In this document: positions 9,073 through 19,240 of the stretch, piece by piece
How positions within the stretch are numbered: the stretch's first letter is position 1
How the letters are laid out: every line of letters begins with the position of its first letter
NCBI GenBank assembly: GCA_902778045.1
Contig: CACYWI010000003.1
Location: 1 to 55,916, forward strand
Direction: 5' to 3'
DNA from: an uncultured Eubacteriales bacterium
GTDB lineage: Bacteria > Bacillota > Clostridia > Christensenellales > Aristaeellaceae
Length of the DNA stretch: 55,916 nt
Made by a program: the position numbers and the translations under genes
Notes under the pieces: generated by a model
The model's database searches: none
Told to the model about the DNA's origin: nothing
The model's input: the letters and a program-made list of their open reading frames with translations, nothing else

Positions 9073-10116
9073 ATGCCCGTGCGGCTGTGGCCGGATTCGC
9101 CCCGAGCCAGGCGTATACTGATCGTCCTGTCCGCGGCGGGGATTGTCGCGCTGGCCTGGGTGCTGCGCAGGCCGGCGCTCCAGGTCGGCGCTCTGGTGCT
9201 GACGGCCGCCGCGCTGTGCTTTGCCGCCGCGCCGCTGTCGGCGCTGTATGAAAAGAAGCTCCCCCGCCCCGCCGCCGCGCTGTGCGCGCTTTTGACGCTG
9301 GGCCTGATCGTTGCCGCCCTGCTGTGGCTGCTGCTGCCCGCGCTGCTTGGCGAGCTGGCGGATCTCGCCCGCGCGCTGCCCGATGCCGTCGCGCGGATAT
9401 CCGGCATGCTGGAGCTTTGGCGGGTTCGCCTGCAGCAGCGCTTTCCCGGGCTGTCCCTGCCAGGCATGGACCTGTCCGCGCTGCAGGGCGTGCTGTCCGG
9501 CCTCGCAGGCGGCACCTACAGCCTGGCCGTAAACCTGGCGGATATCATCGGACGGCTTTCCCTCGCTACGGTATTGGCCCATTCCATGCTGTGCGAAAGG
9601 GACAGGCTGCTGCTGAGGCTGGAGCTGCTGCTTCCACAATCGGCGCGGCCTATGGCGGTGCGCATGGGGAACGCCGTATGCCGCGAGCTGCGCCTGTACC
9701 TGCGGGGCCAGCTGATGATCGCGCTGGCGGTTGGCGCGTTGTCCGGCGCGGCCCTGTTTGCGCTGGGGGTGCGCAGCGCGCTGGCGCTGGGACCGATCAT
9801 CGGGCTATTCAATATGATTCCCTATTTCGGCCCTTTTATAGGCGGCGTGCCCGCGGTGCTGATCGCACTGGGCGACGGGCCTGGAAAGGCGGCCATGGTG
9901 GCGGCGGCGCTGGCCGTGGTGCAGCAGCTGGACGGATCGCTGATCTCGCCGAAGATCATGGGCAGCCTGACCGGCTTTTCCCCGGCGCTGGTGCTGGTGG
10001 CGATCTATGCCGGGGCGCGCCTGGGCGGCATCGCCGGAATGCTCGTGGCGCTGCCGGCCATGATGTCGATACGAACGCTGTTTAGAGTTTTTGTTCAAAA
10101 ATGTGAAAACATTTGA
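9073..10116 (+). CDS. AI-2E family (UPF0118/PerM-YtvI-like) integral membrane transporter
   Basis: Multi-TM protein with the family-typical segment FNMIPYFGPFIGGVPAVLIAL. GGGAGGG lies before ATG 9073; GTG 9079 is an alternative start. Confidence 0.8.
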   Translation: MPVRLWPDSPRARRILIVLSAAGIVALAWVLRRPALQVGALVLTAAALCFAAAPLSALYEKKLPRPAAALCALLTLGLIVAALLWLLLPALLGELADLARALPDAVARISGMLELWRVRLQQRFPGLSLPGMDLSALQGVLSGLAGGTYSLAVNLADIIGRLSLATVLAHSMLCERDRLLLRLELLLPQSARPMAVRMGNAVCRELRLYLRGQLMIALAVGALSGAALFALGVRSALALGPIIGLFNMIPYFGPFIGGVPAVLIALGDGPGKAAMVAAALAVVQQLDGSLISPKIMGSLTGFSPALVLVAIYAGARLGGIAGMLVALPAMMSIRTLFRVFVQKCENI

Positions 10117-10181
10117 TCTTTTCCGCTTTATGTGTTATAATGTCTTTGAATGTGAACGTTTGGCTCGAAAGGCGGTGCGCT

Positions 10182-10448
10182 ATGAATAGCAGAATGGATG
10201 AAACCAGGCATTTTCGCATCCCCGCGGATGCGCCGGAATCTGCCGCTGAAATCATCGAATTGGTCTATCAGGCGCTGAAGGCCAAGGGGCACGACCCCAT
10301 TATGCAGATCGTGGGCTACATCATCTCCGGTGATCCCACTTACATAACCAGCTACAACAATGCCAGGTCGCTGATTCGCCGTCTGGAGCGCGATGAACTG
10401 TTGGAGGAGTTCGTTCGCTTCTATGTGGTGGAGCACGACAAGGATTGA
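10182..10448 (+). CDS. ireB: IreB-family regulatory phosphoprotein (UPF0297)
   Basis: 88 aa. VYQALKAKGHDPIMQIVGYIISGDPTYITSYNNARSLIRRLERDELLEE is the conserved UPF0297 core. Same neighbourhood as ruvX/DUF1292, as in Bacillus yrzL-yrrK-yrzB. Confidence 0.8.
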   Translation: MNSRMDETRHFRIPADAPESAAEIIELVYQALKAKGHDPIMQIVGYIISGDPTYITSYNNARSLIRRLERDELLEEFVRFYVVEHDKD

Positions 10449-10478
10449 ACCCCGCGTCCGACGGGACGATGTCACCTT

Positions 10479-10518
10479 CAGGGCTGGAATGTCGCGCATT
10501 TCCAGCCCTGTGACTTTT
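10479..10518 (+). terminator. intrinsic terminator after ireB
   Basis: Perfect 11-bp stem CAGGGCTGGAA/TTCCAGCCCTG followed by TGACTTTT. Confidence 0.5.
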
Positions 10519-10534
10519 ACACGACGATGGGCCG

Positions 10535-11494
10535 GTGAAACGACTGAACATGCAGATGAACACGCTGGGCCGCAGTGGCCTGAAGGTATCCAAGCTCTGC
10601 TTCGGCACGCTGACCATGTCCCCCCTGCAGCGGGACATGGCGCCGGAGGACGGGGCGAAACTGCTCGTCCACGCCTATGAACGGGGCGTCCGCTTTCTGG
10701 ATACCGCCGATCTTTACGGCACCTATCCCCACATCCGCCTGGCGCTGAAGGACGCGCCGGACTATGTGATCAGCACCAAGGCCTACTGCTATGACCGCAA
10801 GACCGCCCAGGAGGCCCTGGAGCGCGCCTACAGGGGCATCGGGCGGGACTATGTGGATCTGTTCATGCTGCACGAGCAGGAGTCGCTGTACACGCTGCGC
10901 GGCCACGAGGAGGCCCTCGAATACCTGGCGGAGCAGAAGCGCCTGGGGCACATCGGCGCGGTGGGCGTCAGCACCCACTTCGTGGGCTGCGTGAAGGCCG
11001 CCCCCAGGTTCCCGATGATCGACGTGATCCACCCGCTGATCAACCTGGAGGGCATCGGCATACAGGATGGCACGCGCCAGGACATGGAACAGGCCATATT
11101 GGCGGCCCGGTCCGCCGGGATCGGCATATTCGCGATGAAGCCGCTGGGGGGCGGGCACCTGATCGCCTCCAGCAGGGATGCCCTGCAGTACGCCGTATCC
11201 AGCCCCCTGCTGGATTCTGTGGCCGTGGGCATGCAGAGCGAGCAGGAGATCGACGCCAACGTCGCCTTCTTCGAGGGCGCGCAGGACGCCGGCGCATACC
11301 TTGAGCCCCTGCGCCACAGACAGCGGCGGATCATGGTGCACGACTGGTGTGAGGGCTGCGGCCGCTGCCGCGACCGCTGCCGGCAAAAGGCCATATCCAT
11401 CATCGATGGAAGGGCAAATATAGACCAGAGTCGGTGCGTGTTCTGCGGCTACTGCGCCAGGGTCTGCCCTCAATTCTGCATAAAGGTGGTGTGA
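10535..11494 (+). CDS. aldo/keto reductase fused to a C-terminal 2x[4Fe-4S] ferredoxin domain
   Basis: AKR N-terminus (LGRSGLKVSKLCFGT..., FLDTADLYG) and C-terminal CEGCGRCRDRC...CVFCGYCARVCP. The start may be one of the internal Met codons (10550/10556). Confidence 0.85.
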   Translation: MKRLNMQMNTLGRSGLKVSKLCFGTLTMSPLQRDMAPEDGAKLLVHAYERGVRFLDTADLYGTYPHIRLALKDAPDYVISTKAYCYDRKTAQEALERAYRGIGRDYVDLFMLHEQESLYTLRGHEEALEYLAEQKRLGHIGAVGVSTHFVGCVKAAPRFPMIDVIHPLINLEGIGIQDGTRQDMEQAILAARSAGIGIFAMKPLGGGHLIASSRDALQYAVSSPLLDSVAVGMQSEQEIDANVAFFEGAQDAGAYLEPLRHRQRRIMVHDWCEGCGRCRDRCRQKAISIIDGRANIDQSRCVFCGYCARVCPQFCIKVV

Positions 11495-11497
11495 GCC

Positions 11498-12259
11498 GTG
11501 CGTGTGCTGTGCCTTGATATCGGGGAAAAGCGCGTGGGCGTGGCCGTCACCGATCCGCTGAATATTACCGCCCAGGCCGTGGAAACCATATGGACGAAGG
11601 GCTTTGAGAGGGACGCCGCGCGGGTGCTGGAGCTGTGCGGCCAATACGAAACCGACCGTGTTCTGTGCGGCTTGCCGCGGAACATGGATGGCAGCGAGGG
11701 CTTTCAGGCCGCCCAGGCCCGCGCCTTCGCGGAATATCTTGCCGGCAAGGGCCTGAAGATCCGCTTCCAGGACGAACGGCTGTCCACGAGGCAGGCCCGC
11801 AGCGTTCTGATCGAGGCGGACGTGCGCCGCGAAAAGCGGAAGGCCTTTATCGACCAGCTGGCCGCCACCTACATCCTGCAATCCTTCATGGACGCGGGTG
11901 GCTGGCGGGACGAGGAACAACGCAAAATCAAATTGAGGGGTGTATGGCTTATGAGCGAGAACATGAATCACGACCTGGACATGGACCGGGAGGATATCGT
12001 TGAACTGGTGGACGAGGACGGCAACGCCGTGCGCTTTGAACACCTGATGACGCTGGAGCACGAGGGCAATGCCTACATCTGCCTGGTGCCGCTGGACGAG
12101 ATGGAGGACGTCGGCGAGGACGAGCTGGTGATCATGCGCATTGAAACCGACGCGGACGGCAACGACGTATACGCCACCGTAGAGGATGAGGCGGAGCTGG
12201 ACGCCGTGTTCGAGAAGTACCTGGAGATCGCCGAGGCCGACGAGGGCGAGGACGAATAA
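11498..12259 (+). CDS. ruvX: Holliday-junction resolvase-like RuvX (YqgF) ORF reading through into a DUF1292 (YrzB-like) domain
   Basis: GTG start. The RuvX core is VLCLDIGEKRVGVAVTD...LSTRQA. There is no stop before the DUF1292 part (IVELVDEDGNAVRFEHLMTLEHEGNAYICLVP...). An internal ATG at 11951 has its own GAGGGG RBS. Confidence 0.8.
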   Translation: MRVLCLDIGEKRVGVAVTDPLNITAQAVETIWTKGFERDAARVLELCGQYETDRVLCGLPRNMDGSEGFQAAQARAFAEYLAGKGLKIRFQDERLSTRQARSVLIEADVRREKRKAFIDQLAATYILQSFMDAGGWRDEEQRKIKLRGVWLMSENMNHDLDMDREDIVELVDEDGNAVRFEHLMTLEHEGNAYICLVPLDEMEDVGEDELVIMRIETDADGNDVYATVEDEAELDAVFEKYLEIAEADEGEDE

Positions 12260-12281
12260 CCGGGGGCTTTCGTTCAAAGAG

Positions 12282-12347
12282 AAGATCCTTCGCTTCGCTC
12301 AGGATGACAGCGCTTGAACTGTCAGCCTGAGCGGAGCGAAGGATCTT
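12282..12347. repeat. REP-like 29-bp inverted repeat hairpin (family core CCTTCGCTYCGCTCAGGAT)
   Basis: AAGATCCTTCGCTTCGCTCAGGATGACAG (12282-12310) pairs with CTGTCAGCCTGAGCGGAGCGAAGGATCTT (12319-12347), 27/29 complementary. It sits between the convergent ruvX ORF and rnpB, so a bidirectional terminator role is plausible. A related copy lies at 40949-41018. Confidence 0.6.
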
Positions 12348-12360
12348 TTATGATATATTG

Positions 12361-12761
12361 TGAGCGGCGTCTGTAAGCCGAGTTCTGTATTGGACGATCA
12401 TCTATCTGGGCCTGCAGTTGCCAGCAGGCTCAAGCGATTACCCGGAAGCGCGACGGGCCGCCGCCGGCGCGACCATCGGCCCGAAGGCCCAGGGCCGCCC
12501 ATGCTTCCCTATCAATCTTGCACCAGGTGGGGTTTACAGCGCGGACAAGTCGCCATGCCGCGGGTGAGCTCTTACCTCGCCTTTCCAGCCTTACGTCCCC
12601 GTGAGGGGCAGGCAAACCCGAAGGCCGCCTGTTTTACGCGGTGTATCTCTGTTGCACTTTCCTTGAAGTCGCCTTCACCGGCAGTTAACCGGCACCCTGC
12701 CCTGTGGTGCTCGGACTTTCCTCAAGCGCGCGAAGCGCCTGCGATCGTCTGGCGCCCTCAC
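12361..12761 (-). ncRNA. rnpB: RNase P RNA, bacterial type A architecture
   Basis: The minus strand contains GAGGAAAGUCCGAGC, CACAGGGCAGGGUGCCGG, AGUGCAACAGAGA, GGUAAGAGCUCACC, GUAAACCCCACCUGGUGCAAG, CUUGAGCC...GGCCCAGAUAGAUGAUCGUCC and ACAGAACUCGGCUUACAG. P1 pairs GUGAGGGCG with CGCCGCUCAC. Confidence 0.9.
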
Positions 12762-12787
12762 AATTCATCAACGAATCATGTAAGCGG

Positions 12788-13516
12788 TCATTCCCCCGCG
12801 TCGTACAGTATGCGGCCGCAGTTGTCGCACTCCACGATGCGGTCCCCGTTGCGGATGTCCAGCAGCGTGGCGCTGGGCAGCGACATGAAGCAGCCGCTGC
12901 ACTGGCCGTTGACCAGCTTGGCCATCGGCGGCGTGCAATGCTGCTTGATGCTCTTGTACTTGGCCAGCAGCTTGGGATCCACCTTCTTGGCCTCCTGCTC
13001 GGTATTGGCGCGCATGGCCTGCAGCTTCTCCGTATCCGCCTTGAACTCCCGATCGTATTCGACCTTCAGCTGGTCGAACTCCATCTTCGTCTTGGCGGCG
13101 CGCACGCGGATCTCCTTCTGCTGGCGGTCCTTCGTGTCGGCGTCCTTGCGCATCTTCACGAGCTCCTGCTCGTAGCGCTGCAGCGTGTCCAGCAGCTTCT
13201 GCACCGATTCAGCCTGCTTCTGCGCGTCCTCAGCGGTGGCGGGCGGGTTGTTCTCCATTTCCGCCGTCAGGCCCTGCAGCACCTTCTCGAGCCGCTCGGC
13301 CTCATCCTGCACGGCCTCCAGGCGATCCTGCATCACAGCCACGTCGTTTTCCAGCTTCTTCATGTTCGCCTGCTGGTCCTTCAGGAAGTCGCGCTGCTTG
13401 ATCAGCTTCTGCCGGTTGGCCGATTGGCGCATCCTGGTCTCGAAGCCGTCGGCCTCCATATCCACCTGCATAAACTGCCACAGGGTATCCAACTGCATAT
13501 CCATTCCCTCCATCAA
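12788..13516 (-). CDS. COG1579-type coiled-coil protein with C-terminal C4 zinc ribbon
   Basis: Long heptad-rich coiled coil followed by CSGC...CDNCGRILY. Typical neighbour of nif3. Confidence 0.8.
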   Translation of the reverse strand: MMEGMDMQLDTLWQFMQVDMEADGFETRMRQSANRQKLIKQRDFLKDQQANMKKLENDVAVMQDRLEAVQDEAERLEKVLQGLTAEMENNPPATAEDAQKQAESVQKLLDTLQRYEQELVKMRKDADTKDRQQKEIRVRAAKTKMEFDQLKVEYDREFKADTEKLQAMRANTEQEAKKVDPKLLAKYKSIKQHCTPPMAKLVNGQCSGCFMSLPSATLLDIRNGDRIVECDNCGRILYDAGE

Positions 13517-14278
13517 TCAGAAAAACAAATCGACCTTGCTCTGTAGAACGCGTATATCATATTGTACCGCATCTGCGGCGTTTTGTAAAGCGTCGGCAAG
13601 TTTAGAAATCGCCGGATGCTCGGTCGCGGCGTGGCCGGCCTCGATCACGCACAGGCCGTTGTCCACCGCGTCCAGCGCCTTGTGATAGGCCATCTCGCCG
13701 GTCAGGTAGACATCCGCCCCGGCACTTTGGGCGAGCCCGGCATAGTCCTCACCCGCGCCGCCAAGCACCGCCACGCGCCTGATCGTGCGACCGGAATCGC
13801 CGTAGCAGCGTACCGGCCCGCCCAGCGCGCGGCCGGCAAATTCGCAAAAAGAACCGAAGTCGGTTTGTTTTGGCAAGCCGACACGCATGCCGCTTTCAAG
13901 CGCCTGCACCTGTGAAAGCGCCAGCACCTCCGCCAGCGCGTCGTTGACGCCCGGCGAAGCGTTGTCATAGTTCGTATGGGCGGCGATCATCGCGATATCT
14001 GCCCGCACCAGCGCGCATAGCAGCCGGCCCTCCGCGTCCGTCTCCCGAAGGTTCTTCCGGCCCCTGAACAGTATCGGATGATGGGTCACGATCAGCTGCG
14101 CGCCGCGGCGGACGGCCTCCTCGAGCACCTCCATGCGAAGGTCCAGCGCGCAGAGCACCGTATCCACCTTCGCCTCCGGGGCTCCGGCCAGAAGGCCCAC
14201 GTTGTCCCATTCCTCGGCCAGTTCAAACGGCGCGATGCCGTCGACGAGCCGAAGCAGCTGTTCTACCGTTGCAGACAC
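13517..14278 (-). CDS. Nif3-family dinuclear metal centre protein (YqfO-like)
   Basis: GTG 14278 is preceded by GGAGGGAGG. Contains WDNVGLL, LIVTHHP, AAHTNYD and GHAATE. The 435-aa track ORF is an over-extension across trmK. Confidence 0.85.
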   Translation of the reverse strand: MSATVEQLLRLVDGIAPFELAEEWDNVGLLAGAPEAKVDTVLCALDLRMEVLEEAVRRGAQLIVTHHPILFRGRKNLRETDAEGRLLCALVRADIAMIAAHTNYDNASPGVNDALAEVLALSQVQALESGMRVGLPKQTDFGSFCEFAGRALGGPVRCYGDSGRTIRRVAVLGGAGEDYAGLAQSAGADVYLTGEMAYHKALDAVDNGLCVIEAGHAATEHPAISKLADALQNAADAVQYDIRVLQSKVDLFF

Positions 14279-14957
14279 GCGCAAACCTCCCTCCAGATTC
14301 CAAGCTCCTCGGACAGCGCGTTTCGCTGCTCCGGGTCGCCGCCCTGCGCCGCGCCCTTCAGCGCCTTCTCGGTCACGCGCAGGCGAAAGCAGGCGTAATC
14401 CATAAGCTCCGGGGGCATATCGCGCAGCAGCACAGGCCCTACGACGCGCTCCTTCAGACCGTAGTCTGATTTTCCGGGCTCCGCCGCGATCAGCACATAG
14501 CATCTGCGGCCGTCCCGGACGACGCGCTCGTTCGATATCGCGTAGCCGAGCGCGCTGAGCGCCGCGCGCAGCTGTGGCGCGGCGACGTTGGGCTGCAATA
14601 TCAGGCGCGCGTCCCCGAGCCTTTCCCGGCCCTCGCGCAGTATGTCGACGATGGTGGCCCCGCCCATGCCCGCGATCACCGCGACCTGCGGCGCTCGCGC
14701 GGCAGCGGGTATGCCGTCTGCCACGCAAAATGTCACCCGATCGTCGAGCCCCAGCCTTGCGCACAGCGAGCGCGCCTTGGCCAGCGACGGTTCGGAGATA
14801 TCCGAAAGTACGACGTGCCCGCACTGTTCATTCTGCAGCAAAAACGCGCCGAGCCTGCCGTGGTCGCAGCCTATATCGGCACAGCACTGGCATTGTCCGA
14901 CGAGGCGCGCGATCATCGACAGGCGCGGATCCAGCGATATTCTTCCGGCTTGGCGCA

Positions 14958-14958
<1 letters not shown>
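14263..14958 (-). CDS. trmK: tRNA (adenine22-N1)-methyltransferase TrmK (YqfN-like)
   Basis: SAM-MTase motif ADIGCDHG. Position directly downstream of rpoD and upstream of nif3, as in Bacillus. Start shares 1 nt with the rpoD stop (TGATG). Confidence 0.8.
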
Positions 14959-16022
<1,064 letters not shown>

Positions 16023-16075
16023 TACTTCCTGATTTGCGGTTGTCTTGCTCAATCCGGGCCACTCCTTTCGACCGG

Positions 16076-17815
16076 TCAATCCTCCGAATCCTTCCACGAA
16101 GCCTCCAGCTGGCGGTATATTTCTGCTTTTTTCTCAGGCGAGGCCGTGCCGACCTGCTGCTTGAGCTGATCATCCCGCTGGAGATCCCGTTGCCGACGTA
16201 TGGTGCGCAGGCAATCCCGCGCCACTTCAAGCGCCTTTTCCCGCTCTGTAACCAGCGGGCTGTAATTCAGCGCGCGCATGACCTGTTCCCGCACAGCGTC
16301 GTCGGTGATATTGTCGATATAAGCATTGGCGGTTTTTCCTGAAATCAGCCATTCCGCCAGGTTTTGATGCACGGGATTGGAAAAATCCTCTCCACTGAGC
16401 ACCTGTGCCGGGATCAGCCCGGCGGCCAGCATGGAGATCAGCTCCTGCTCGGCCTTTTCCGCGCCGCTCGCCTCGGGCCGCGGGCGCCTCGGCCTGCGCG
16501 CCGCGCCGGTATGGGCGGGCTGCTCGGCCCGGGGCGTCGCGCCGATCTGCCGAAGCAGTATCTCCCGGTCATAGCCGGTTTCATTGACCAGCCGGCGCAG
16601 GTAGTTCTCCATCTCGATCGGGCTTTTCACCTTGCTGAGTATCGCGCAGCAGCGCAGCGCGTACTGCGTCATGCCCTCCTGGGTGGACAGCTGCAGGCCA
16701 TCCCTGGCGCGCAGCATGCGGTAATCCGTGGAATCATGCCGGGGCAGCGCCTCGAAGCCCTCAAGGCCCCGGGCCTTCACGAAGTCGTCCGGGTCCATGC
16801 CCTCGGGATAATCGATCACCTTCGCCGGCATGCCCTGGGCATCGAAGATATCCAGTGCTCGCAGCGCCGCCTTTTGCCCGGCGGCATCGCCGTCATAGCT
16901 GATCCAAACCTCCGGCACATAGCGCTTCATCAGCCGTGCCTGCTCCTCAGTCAGCGCCGTGCCCAGCGTGGCAACCACGCCCTTGACGCCGTATTTTCGC
17001 AGGGACACGGTATCCATGTACCCTTCCACCAGCACAAGGCGGCCCACCGAGCGCTCCTTCTGCAGGAAGTTCAGCGCGTACAGCCCCATGCGCTTATTGA
17101 ATATGGGCGTTTCAGCGGTATTCAGGTACTTGGGCTGCGCATCGCCCATCGCCCGGCCACCGAAACCCAGCACCCGCCCCTGTGCGTTGATGATGGGAAA
17201 CATCACCCGTCCGCGAAACATGTCGAACTTGCCGTTGTCCCGCTGGACGATCAAGCCCGCCTTCTCCAGCAGCGGCGCTTCAAAGCCCTGTCCCTCCAGA
17301 TGACGCAAAAGGCCGTCCCAGCCTTTGGGAGAAGCTCCGAGGCCGAAGCGGCGGATATCCGAATCGTTCAGACCGCGTCCGTAGAGGTAGTTCAGCGCCT
17401 GCGCGCCTTCGTCGGTCCACAGCAGATCGTGAAAGTACCGCGCCGCCAGCCGGTTGGCTTCGTACATACGCTCCCGCTCGTCACGGGTGGTACGGGCTTC
17501 GCCGGGCTGGGACGTGCGCTCCGGTAATTCCATATGGGCACGATCGGCCAGCAGCCGCACCGCGTCCATGAACTCCATCCGTTCCATGTCCATGATGAAG
17601 TTGATGGCGGTGCCGCCCTTGTGGCAGCCGAAGCAGTAGTACAGCTGGGACTCGGTATCCACGCTGAAGGACGGGGTCTTTTCATTGTGGAAAGGGCAGC
17701 ATCCCCAAAACCTGCGACCCTTTTGCTTCAGGGGGACGTATTCGGAAACCACTTCCTCCAGGCTGACGCGAGATCGAAGCTCCTCCAGCCAGGCATCGGA
17801 TAACCTTCCGTTCAT
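16076..17815 (-). CDS. dnaG: DNA primase
   Basis: CHC2 zinc finger ([14 protein letters not shown]...CFGCHKGG), RNA polymerase core, TOPRIM (LVEGYMD), and the dnaG-rpoD arrangement. Confidence 0.95.
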   Translation of the reverse strand: MNGRLSDAWLEELRSRVSLEEVVSEYVPLKQKGRRFWGCCPFHNEKTPSFSVDTESQLYYCFGCHKGGTAINFIMDMERMEFMDAVRLLADRAHMELPERTSQPGEARTTRDERERMYEANRLAARYFHDLLWTDEGAQALNYLYGRGLNDSDIRRFGLGASPKGWDGLLRHLEGQGFEAPLLEKAGLIVQRDNGKFDMFRGRVMFPIINAQGRVLGFGGRAMGDAQPKYLNTAETPIFNKRMGLYALNFLQKERSVGRLVLVEGYMDTVSLRKYGVKGVVATLGTALTEEQARLMKRYVPEVWISYDGDAAGQKAALRALDIFDAQGMPAKVIDYPEGMDPDDFVKARGLEGFEALPRHDSTDYRMLRARDGLQLSTQEGMTQYALRCCAILSKVKSPIEMENYLRRLVNETGYDREILLRQIGATPRAEQPAHTGAARRPRRPRPEASGAEKAEQELISMLAAGLIPAQVLSGEDFSNPVHQNLAEWLISGKTANAYIDNITDDAVREQVMRALNYSPLVTEREKALEVARDCLRTIRRQRDLQRDDQLKQQVGTASPEKKAEIYRQLEASWKDSED

Positions 17816-18145
17816 GACGCGCTCCCCTGTGGTTATAATGAATTGGTCGACGTCGTTTCGGCGATGACGGTAGTTTATAATTCGCCAGTTTAACCGTTTT
17901 TCCTGCCTTCACCCGATATTTTTACTATATACAACATTTGTAATCTAAAATCCTTTGTTTCATACACTTTTAATATATATGCGTTCCAGACGCATTTCTG
18001 TTCCCGCACCCATAGCGCCCCGGCGCATAGTATGGCTACGAAAGCGCCTGTTCATGTCGCCGCATGCCGCCCTGGGCACGGCCAATGTGATGAAACCCGG
18101 CGCTCGATCGGCTTTATATTCGATTGAATTCCCGGAGGTTTTGAT

Positions 18146-19192
18146 ATGCGCACCATTGTTTGCAAATTCGGCGGCAGCTCCACCGCCAACGCCACACAGT
18201 TTTCGCGAATACTGGCCATACTGCGCGCTTCGCCGGCGCGGCGCTGCGTCGTGCTGTCCGCGCCCGGGACCGATGAACGGCACGACGTTAAGATCACCCG
18301 CCTGCTCTCCGATTGCTGGCATTGGCGAAATGACCCTGCAAGGCGCGATGCCCTGATCGTGGCAATCGCCGCGCGCTATACGGAAATCGCGGCGGCGCTG
18401 GGCCTGCCGGATATGCGCGCGCTCGTCCGTCGTGAGGTCGAAGCCGCGCTTTCAGAATCCCGGGACGCGACCCTCAGCCGCGGGGAATACCTGTGCGCGC
18501 TGCTGTTCTCCCGCTACAGCGGCATTCCGATGATCGACGCGGCTGAGGCGATCACCTTCGACGAGTACGGCGATATCGACCATCGGCGCACGCGCGAGCG
18601 CCTTTCGGACGCCTTCTCCCGCGCCGGAGGACGCGCGGTATTGCCCGGCTTCTACGGCGCGGACAGCGGCGGGCATATCCGCGCACTGCCCCTCAACGGC
18701 TCGGACATCACCGGCGCGTTGGCCGCGGCGGCGCTGAACGCGGGGCTGTACGAGAACTGGACGGACGTGCCCGGGCTGATGACCGCCGACCCGGCCATTG
18801 TGCCGGAGGCCCGCCTCATCCCCCAGGTGGGCTACCGGCAGATGCGCATGCTGGCCCGCGCCGGGGCCAGGGTGCTGCACCCGGCCTGTCTGGACCCTGT
18901 GGCCGAAGCAGGCATCCCTACGCGGCTGCGCAACGCGAACGATCCCGACAGCCTGGGCACGCTGATCGACGACAATGTGGAAGGGATGGCGCCTTGTATC
19001 GTCGGCAAACGCTTGCCGGACGGCGCGTCGGTCATCACGGTGTTTGGCGTCGATCCCGGAAAGACGGCCAGCGCCGCGGACGCCCTTTCCCCGAGTGCGG
19101 TGTCGCAGGAGGACGGCTGCTGCCGCATAACGCTGCCCGGTGGCGGGCTTGCACCCGGCATGCGACATCTGCACCGACGGCTCATTGCATAG
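18146..19192 (+). CDS. aspartate kinase-like amino-acid kinase family protein
   Basis: N-terminus VCKFGGSS. Also GSDITGA and TDVPGLMTADP motifs. Only 348 aa with a weak or degenerate ACT region. RBS GGAGG lies 8 nt upstream. Confidence 0.7.
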   Translation: MRTIVCKFGGSSTANATQFSRILAILRASPARRCVVLSAPGTDERHDVKITRLLSDCWHWRNDPARRDALIVAIAARYTEIAAALGLPDMRALVRREVEAALSESRDATLSRGEYLCALLFSRYSGIPMIDAAEAITFDEYGDIDHRRTRERLSDAFSRAGGRAVLPGFYGADSGGHIRALPLNGSDITGALAAAALNAGLYENWTDVPGLMTADPAIVPEARLIPQVGYRQMRMLARAGARVLHPACLDPVAEAGIPTRLRNANDPDSLGTLIDDNVEGMAPCIVGKRLPDGASVITVFGVDPGKTASAADALSPSAVSQEDGCCRITLPGGGLAPGMRHLHRRLIA

Positions 19193-19230
19193 AAACAGGG
19201 ACGCCGCAATGGCGTCCCTGTACTGTTTTC
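19192..19230. terminator. bidirectional intrinsic terminator between the kinase gene and valS
   Basis: Stem CAGGGACGCC/GGCGTCCCTG (19196-19220), flanked by GAAA on one side and CTGTTTT on the other. Confidence 0.6.
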
Positions 19231-19240
19231 CGTCGCTCCG

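Noticed and set aside
10517-12277. 586-aa minus-strand ORF opposite the AKR and ruvX genes, and similar antisense ORFs at 28753-30000, 30756-32246, 33112-34956, 36266-37762, 38899-40161, 41284-42705, 45448-47061, 48210-49601, 49906-51399 and 52363-54036
   Set aside because: Same reasoning. Each lies opposite a gene with strong family signatures. Their translations are low-complexity (Arg/Ala/Gly/His-rich) and lack start contexts.
12360-13175. 271-aa plus-strand ORF and 61-aa minus-strand ORF across 12360-12760
   Set aside because: The region is RNase P RNA on the minus strand, with all universally conserved rnpB motifs present. It is not protein coding.
13517-14824. 435-aa version of the Nif3 ORF
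   Set aside because: The N-terminal ~180 codons overlap trmK in another frame and are Arg/Ala/Gly junk. A GTG with a strong GGAGGGAGG RBS at 14278 gives a normal-length Nif3 protein.
17955-18145. Lysine (L-box) riboswitch or T-box upstream of the aspartokinase-like gene
   Set aside because: I could not find the L-box core elements (AGAGGNGC, GGGGAG, CUGUCA-type motifs as I remember them) or a GGUGGUACC T-box sequence. Only generic GC hairpins are present, and these are reported separately as a low-interest leader.
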